Positions 32,838 through 36,800 of a stretch of DNA of 36,800 bases are shown in pieces. The stretch is taken from assembly GCA_964571805.1 (NCBI GenBank), contig CAZNDI010000003.1:1-36800 (forward strand), given 5' to 3'. Below the pieces are notes generated by a model. The model was not told the DNA's origin, ran no database searches, and was given only the letters and a program-made list of their open reading frames with translations. Each line of letters starts with the position of its first letter. The stretch's first letter is position 1. This DNA is from an uncultured Candidatus Peribacteria bacterium (GTDB lineage: Bacteria; Patescibacteriota; Gracilibacteria; UM-FILTER-43-11). A program made the position numbers and the translations under genes.

Positions 32838-34991
32838 GTGAAAAAAGCCCACATCAAAGACATTTTGAAGGAAGCGAAAAAATATCTCCCCCACGTGAAT
32901 GAGGAGCGGATTTTGAATGCTTATAAATTTGCAGAAAAAGCCCACGAAGGTGTCTTTCGATCCAGTGGAGAACCTTATATTCAACACCCGCTCGAAACCA
33001 CAGCCATTCTGATGGAATTGAAACCCGATGAAGACTCCATCATTGCCGCCCTTTTACATGATGTTTTGGAAGATACGGAAGTGACTGAAGAAGAGATTGA
33101 AAAGAAATTTGGAGCTCCCCTGATGCCCCTTTTGAAGGGGCTAGAAAAATTGGGAAAAATCAGCTATCAAGGGAAAGAAAGGCAGGTGGAAAATTTGAGA
33201 AAAATGTTCATGGCCATGGCCAAAGACATTCGGGTGATTTTAATCAAATTGTGTGACCGGCTTCACAACATGCGGACACTAGGTTCATTGAAAGAAGAAA
33301 AACAAAAACGAATTGCAGATGAGACCCTGAGCATTTATTCCCCCATTGCTGGCCGACTGGGTATTTTCAATCTCAAAAACGAATTGGATGACTTGTGTTT
33401 CAAATATTTACATCCAAAAGAATATCAAGAAATCATCAAAGATTTGGAGACCGCCACAGGCATTCAAAAAAATATCACACGAAAAGGCGCTGCCATGCTC
33501 CGTAAATTACTGGAAGAAAATAATATTAAAGCAGAAGTCGAAGGCCGAGTGAAACATGCTTATAGTATTTATAAAAAGTTAAAACGAAAAAATAAAAATT
33601 ATGTTTCCGAGCTCTATGATATTTTTGCCTTACGTATCATTGTTGAAACCGAAGCCCAATGCTATCAGGTTTTAGGCATCATCCACAAAGAATGGACGCC
33701 TCTGACCCGACGTTTTAAAGATTATATTGCCAACAAAAAAAGCAACGATTACCAAAGTTTGCACACCACGGTCATTGGCATGGTGCCGAATGTGAACAAT
33801 CAACCCATTGAAATTCAAATTCGAACTCGACAAATGGATGAAGTGGCCAAGTACGGAATCGCCGCTCACTGGCAATATAAAGAAAAGGGGGGGTACTCGA
33901 TTTCTATGTCACAGGACAAACTCAATTGGGTTCAAAATCTGGTCTCTCTTCATGAAAACCTCAAAAGTAATTCTGAATTTGTAGAAACCCTCAACACAGA
34001 TATTTTTCATGATCGTATTTTTTGCCTAACACCAAAAGGAGACATAAAAGATTTACCTGTGGGCTCAACACCCATTGATTTTGCCTACGCTGTTCATACG
34101 GATATCGGCCACAAATGCAAGGGGGCCAAAGTGGATGGAAGAATCGTCCCTTTAGATTATCAGCTCAAAAATAACGAGGTCGTGGAATTGATAACAGGCA
34201 ACACCAATGCACCAAATCGCTATTGGTTATCTTTTGTCGTGACGTCTAATGCTCAAAATAGTATCAAGCATTGGTTCAACACTCAGGAAAAGGGAAATTT
34301 GATCAAAGGCGGGAAAGATCTGCTCAACACTCATCTCAAACGTTTAGGCCTCAAGCCTTTGAGCGGAGATTTAGGACTGTTGAAAAACTATTCGGACAAT
34401 AAAAAAATGACAATCCGAGAGCGAGAAGAACTATTAGAAAAAGTAGGAAATGGATCGGTCGACCCCGTCAGTGTGATTAAAAAAATCATCCCCCCCGAAG
34501 CTTTGACCTCAAAACAGGTGAATCAAACGATCAAGAACGAAGTCTTGGCAGACAATGTGAACGTAAAGGTGGATGACATTTTAATCACGGGTCAAAAAGG
34601 CTATAAAAGCCAAATTGCCACCTGTTGTGAGCCCACTGTGGAGAATCGAATCATTGGGTATGTGACGCGAGGCCGAGGCATCACCATACATAAGGAGGGG
34701 TGCAAGGTTTTGCGAGGAAACGACAAAAATAGGCTCATTGAGGCCTCCTGGGGCACTAAAACCATCCCCACCTACTCGGCTCGTCTTGAAATTGAAAAAC
34801 GCTCGCGTATTGGCCTTTTACGAGACATTGCTGAAGTTTTTGTTCAAAATGACCTTTCGATCATTGATCTAAAAATAGGAAAGACCCTCATTATTGATAC
34901 AATTGTAGGTAACATTGACACCCTGGACCGCTTGATAGAGCAACTCAAAGCCATCCCGGACATTTATGATGTCCTGGAATTGAGGAAATAA
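32838..34991 (+). CDS. rel: Bifunctional (p)ppGpp synthetase/hydrolase, RelA/SpoT (Rel) family
   Basis: It has the HD hydrolase domain ('YIQHPLETTAIL', 'LLHDVLEDT'), the synthetase domain ('YSIYKKLKRKN', 'DIFALRIIV', 'YQSLHTTV'), the TGS domain ('FCLTPKGDIKDLPVGSTPIDFAYAVHTDIG') and a C-terminal ACT-like region. The start codon is GTG. Confidence 0.9.
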   Translation: MKKAHIKDILKEAKKYLPHVNEERILNAYKFAEKAHEGVFRSSGEPYIQHPLETTAILMELKPDEDSIIAALLHDVLEDTEVTEEEIEKKFGAPLMPLLKGLEKLGKISYQGKERQVENLRKMFMAMAKDIRVILIKLCDRLHNMRTLGSLKEEKQKRIADETLSIYSPIAGRLGIFNLKNELDDLCFKYLHPKEYQEIIKDLETATGIQKNITRKGAAMLRKLLEENNIKAEVEGRVKHAYSIYKKLKRKNKNYVSELYDIFALRIIVETEAQCYQVLGIIHKEWTPLTRRFKDYIANKKSNDYQSLHTTVIGMVPNVNNQPIEIQIRTRQMDEVAKYGIAAHWQYKEKGGYSISMSQDKLNWVQNLVSLHENLKSNSEFVETLNTDIFHDRIFCLTPKGDIKDLPVGSTPIDFAYAVHTDIGHKCKGAKVDGRIVPLDYQLKNNEVVELITGNTNAPNRYWLSFVVTSNAQNSIKHWFNTQEKGNLIKGGKDLLNTHLKRLGLKPLSGDLGLLKNYSDNKKMTIREREELLEKVGNGSVDPVSVIKKIIPPEALTSKQVNQTIKNEVLADNVNVKVDDILITGQKGYKSQIATCCEPTVENRIIGYVTRGRGITIHKEGCKVLRGNDKNRLIEASWGTKTIPTYSARLEIEKRSRIGLLRDIAEVFVQNDLSIIDLKIGKTLIIDTIVGNIDTLDRLIEQLKAIPDIYDVLELRK

Positions 34992-35004
34992 TATGTACCA
35001 AAAA

Positions 35005-35044
35005 TAGTGGTCAGTGGCTAGTTTTTACTAACCACTGACCACTA
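35005..35044. terminator. Bidirectional stem-loop between the convergent rel and tig genes
   Basis: TAGTGGTCAGTGG (35005-17) pairs with CCACTGACCACTA (35032-44) to give a 13-bp stem. An inner TAGT/ACTA extension surrounds a TTTT loop. A T-run follows at 35056-35060. Confidence 0.6.
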
Positions 35045-35059
35045 GCCACTACGCACTTT

Positions 35060-36373
35060 TTAAACCACAAACATTTTTATCAATTTATCGGCTGACAGAC
35101 TGTTTTTAAGTTGTCGGTAGGCTTCTGAATCCTTTTTATAATAATCAAGTATTTCTTGGGGAGAGTCATTGGGATATTTGGCAATCATTTCTTGAATTTT
35201 GGCTTCCAATTCTTCTTCCGTCGCATGCACGTCTTCTTGCTTGATGATTTCATTGACGGCTAAACGCGCTAAAAGTCGTTCTTCAGCCCCTTTACGATGA
35301 TCATTGGCAAAATCTTCTTCGGTTTTTTTAAGGTGGGTTAAATACTGATCCCAAGCCAGACCTTGTTGAGCCGCCTGCTTCTTTTTTTCTTCTTTAAGAA
35401 GGGCTATTTCGTCTTGAATCAAGGAATCTGGAAGTTCTGCCTGAGTGATCTTAACAATTTCTTGCACCACTTGATTGTCGACTTCAGACTGAGCTCTATG
35501 CTTCATTTCTTCAAATAAATCGGCTTCAATCCTTTTTTTGAAGGCTTCAATAGATTGTTTCTCTCCCGACATTTTTTCAATCATTTCTTCATCGAGCGAC
35601 TGGAGTTCTTTTTCTTCTAAGCGGCCTAATTTAAGCTTAAATTTGACCTTTTGACCCTGCATTTGTTTGGCGTGATAATCTTTAGGAAAATCGATGTCGA
35701 ATTCTTTTTCTTCCATGACCTTCATGCCCACCACTTGCTCTTCGAAGCCAGGAATCATGGTTTTTGAACCCAAAATAACGGGATGATTTTTACTGGCCGT
35801 ATTGGGAATGGATTTTCCCTCTGCATCAAAGCCTTCAAAATCAAGTTCCACTCGATCCCCTTCTTTGGCTTCTCTTTCTACATCTTTCCAGGTAGCAAAA
35901 CGGCTCATGAGCATTTCAACAGTTTCATCAACTTCTTTGTCTTCCACTTTGATCTCTTTGGCCTTCACTTTAATTTTTTTATAATCTCCCAACTTGACTT
36001 CGGGCATCACAGAAACTGTAGCCGTATAGATCAATTCATCTCCTTCATTTTTTACGGGTGTTTTGACTTCAATTTTGGGCGATTCAATCACAAACAAGTC
36101 GTGCTCTTTAACAGCCCTAGAATAACTGAGTGGAATGAGGTGTTCCATGGTATAGCCTTGGATTGTAGCCTCACTGACGCGCTCTCGAATGACTAGTTCA
36201 GGGATGTGCCCCGGACGAAAACCATCGACTTTAAGCTCTTTGCTGATTGCGTCTATCGCGGCTTTTTCTGCCTGAATATAATCGGCATAAGGGACCTGAA
36301 TGGTGATTTCAACTTGAGATTTAGGGAGTTTTTTAACAACTGCTGTCATATACATGGAGGTTAAATGGGCCAA
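35060..36373 (-). CDS. tig: Trigger factor
   Basis: It has 'VKKLPKSQVEITIQVPYADY' and 'VDGFRPGHIP' in the ribosome-binding N-domain, an FKBP-type PPIase middle and a helical C-domain. The ORF-track start is TTG at 36373. The likelier start is ATG at 36349 or 36355 (MTAVVKKL...). Confidence 0.88.
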   Translation of the reverse strand: MAHLTSMYMTAVVKKLPKSQVEITIQVPYADYIQAEKAAIDAISKELKVDGFRPGHIPELVIRERVSEATIQGYTMEHLIPLSYSRAVKEHDLFVIESPKIEVKTPVKNEGDELIYTATVSVMPEVKLGDYKKIKVKAKEIKVEDKEVDETVEMLMSRFATWKDVEREAKEGDRVELDFEGFDAEGKSIPNTASKNHPVILGSKTMIPGFEEQVVGMKVMEEKEFDIDFPKDYHAKQMQGQKVKFKLKLGRLEEKELQSLDEEMIEKMSGEKQSIEAFKKRIEADLFEEMKHRAQSEVDNQVVQEIVKITQAELPDSLIQDEIALLKEEKKKQAAQQGLAWDQYLTHLKKTEEDFANDHRKGAEERLLARLAVNEIIKQEDVHATEEELEAKIQEMIAKYPNDSPQEILDYYKKDSEAYRQLKNSLSADKLIKMFVV

Positions 36374-36414
36374 ATCATCCTACCTGAAGTGGTTCCAAAT
36401 GACAATTTATATTC

Positions 36415-36798
36415 TTATGATTTGGCACTGAGGGCTGCAAGTTGTCTAGAATGATTTTTTATCGCCGCCTTCATTGAAGGAAGGTCTTCAATTTCTTCTA
36501 AAATGTAGTCGACTTTCTCGTGGAGCATCATGACAGAAACGTCTCCTTCTTTGATCTGCATCAGATCGTCTTGCATTTTTTCAAGGAGCACACCATTGTA
36601 GTGCGTCTCAATAGACCATTCTTCAACCTTAGCTCCCAGTGAAGTGATTTCCCCAGAGTTTTTATCGACTTTGACTCCGAGTGAACTGATGTTCTTGGAA
36701 TTCTCTTCAACCTTGGTTCCCAGTGAAGTGATATCTTTGGAATTCTCTTCAACCTTGGCTCCCAGTGAAGTGATATCTTTGGAATTCTCTTCAACCTT
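36415..36798 (-). CDS. Partial CDS (5' end outside the window): coiled-coil-like protein with 14-aa tandem repeats SLG(A/T/V)KVEENSKDIT. It is not in the supplied ORF track.
   Basis: I translated the minus strand by hand and found an open frame of 127 codons from the window edge to TAA (36415-36417). It reads KVEENSKDITSLGAKVEENSKDITSLGTKVEENSKNISSLGVKVDKNSGEITSLGAKVEEWSIETHYNGVLLEKMQDDLMQIKEGDVSVMMLHEKVDYILEEIEDLPSMKAAIKNHSRQLAALSAKS*. It lies 41 nt upstream of tig on the same strand. Confidence 0.65.
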   Translation of the reverse strand, partial: KVEENSKDITSLGAKVEENSKDITSLGTKVEENSKNISSLGVKVDKNSGEITSLGAKVEEWSIETHYNGVLLEKMQDDLMQIKEGDVSVMMLHEKVDYILEEIEDLPSMKAAIKNHSRQLAALSAKS

Positions 36799-36800
36799 GG
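36621..36800. repeat. 42-nt tandem repeat, at least 4.3 copies, running off the window edge
   Basis: The anchor cttcaacctt recurs at 36621, (degenerate) 36663, 36705, 36747 and 36789. Units 36705-36746 and 36747-36788 differ at one position. Confidence 0.85.

Noticed and set aside
36561-36794. ORF-track entry 'MKRIPKISLHWEPRLKR...' on the minus strand.
   Set aside because: It is an alternative frame of the 42-nt tandem repeat. The other minus frame is open for the whole 384 nt to the window edge and continues into a sensible non-repetitive C-terminal domain.
1-36800. I considered an alternative genetic code (UGA recoded as Gly, as in some candidate phyla).
   Set aside because: Recognisable genes end at TGA at the expected protein length (the DHH protein, miaB, recJ), and long ORFs are intact under the standard code.

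Overview
This is a 36.8-kb, AT-leaning (about 40% GC by eye) bacterial chromosomal segment, densely coded on both strands. It uses the standard code: TGA, TAA and TAG all terminate clearly recognisable genes. The backbone is housekeeping. It holds a DHH/DHHA1 phosphoesterase, murC (frame broken in a G9 run), an FtsB/DivIC-like protein, an initiator-like tRNA-Met(CAU), miaB, a GT4 glycosyltransferase and a patatin-like lipase. It also holds recJ, carA (no carB nearby), an archaeal-type triosephosphate isomerase, an MscS-family channel, truB, murE, an archaeal-type PEP carboxylase, murJ, gpmI, rel/spoT and trigger factor. Archaeal-type TIM and PEPC, scattered mur genes, a solitary T4CP-like ATPase, many orphan proteins and P/E/K-rich tails together resemble Patescibacteria/CPR-like reduced genomes; this is inference only. 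I did not recognise any complete known defence, CRISPR, DGR or mobile-element system. The best candidates for something undescribed are these six. (1) An AT-rich orphan 643-aa helical protein lies in the window centre, divergently paired with a tail-anchored excisionase-type HTH/coiled-coil protein across a palindrome-bearing back-to-back promoter region. (2) Two ~70-nt arrays of degenerate 12-nt tandem repeats sit in direct orientation around an SDR-like / GC-rich cupin / TrmB-like module. (3) An ORF6N gene and a near-identical 3' fragment of it (differences all synonymous by eye) flank a GC-rich insert encoding a lipoprotein with a Myxococcus-type Cys-rich motif. (4) A stand-alone VirD4/TraD-like coupling ATPase with a large membrane N-domain lies next to the tRNA. 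(5) A partial gene at the right edge, missing from the ORF track, encodes near-identical 14-aa (42-nt) tandem repeats. (6) Interleaved inverted repeats and phased direct repeats occupy two 5' regions. All homology calls come from motif recognition by eye and none has been searched against a database.
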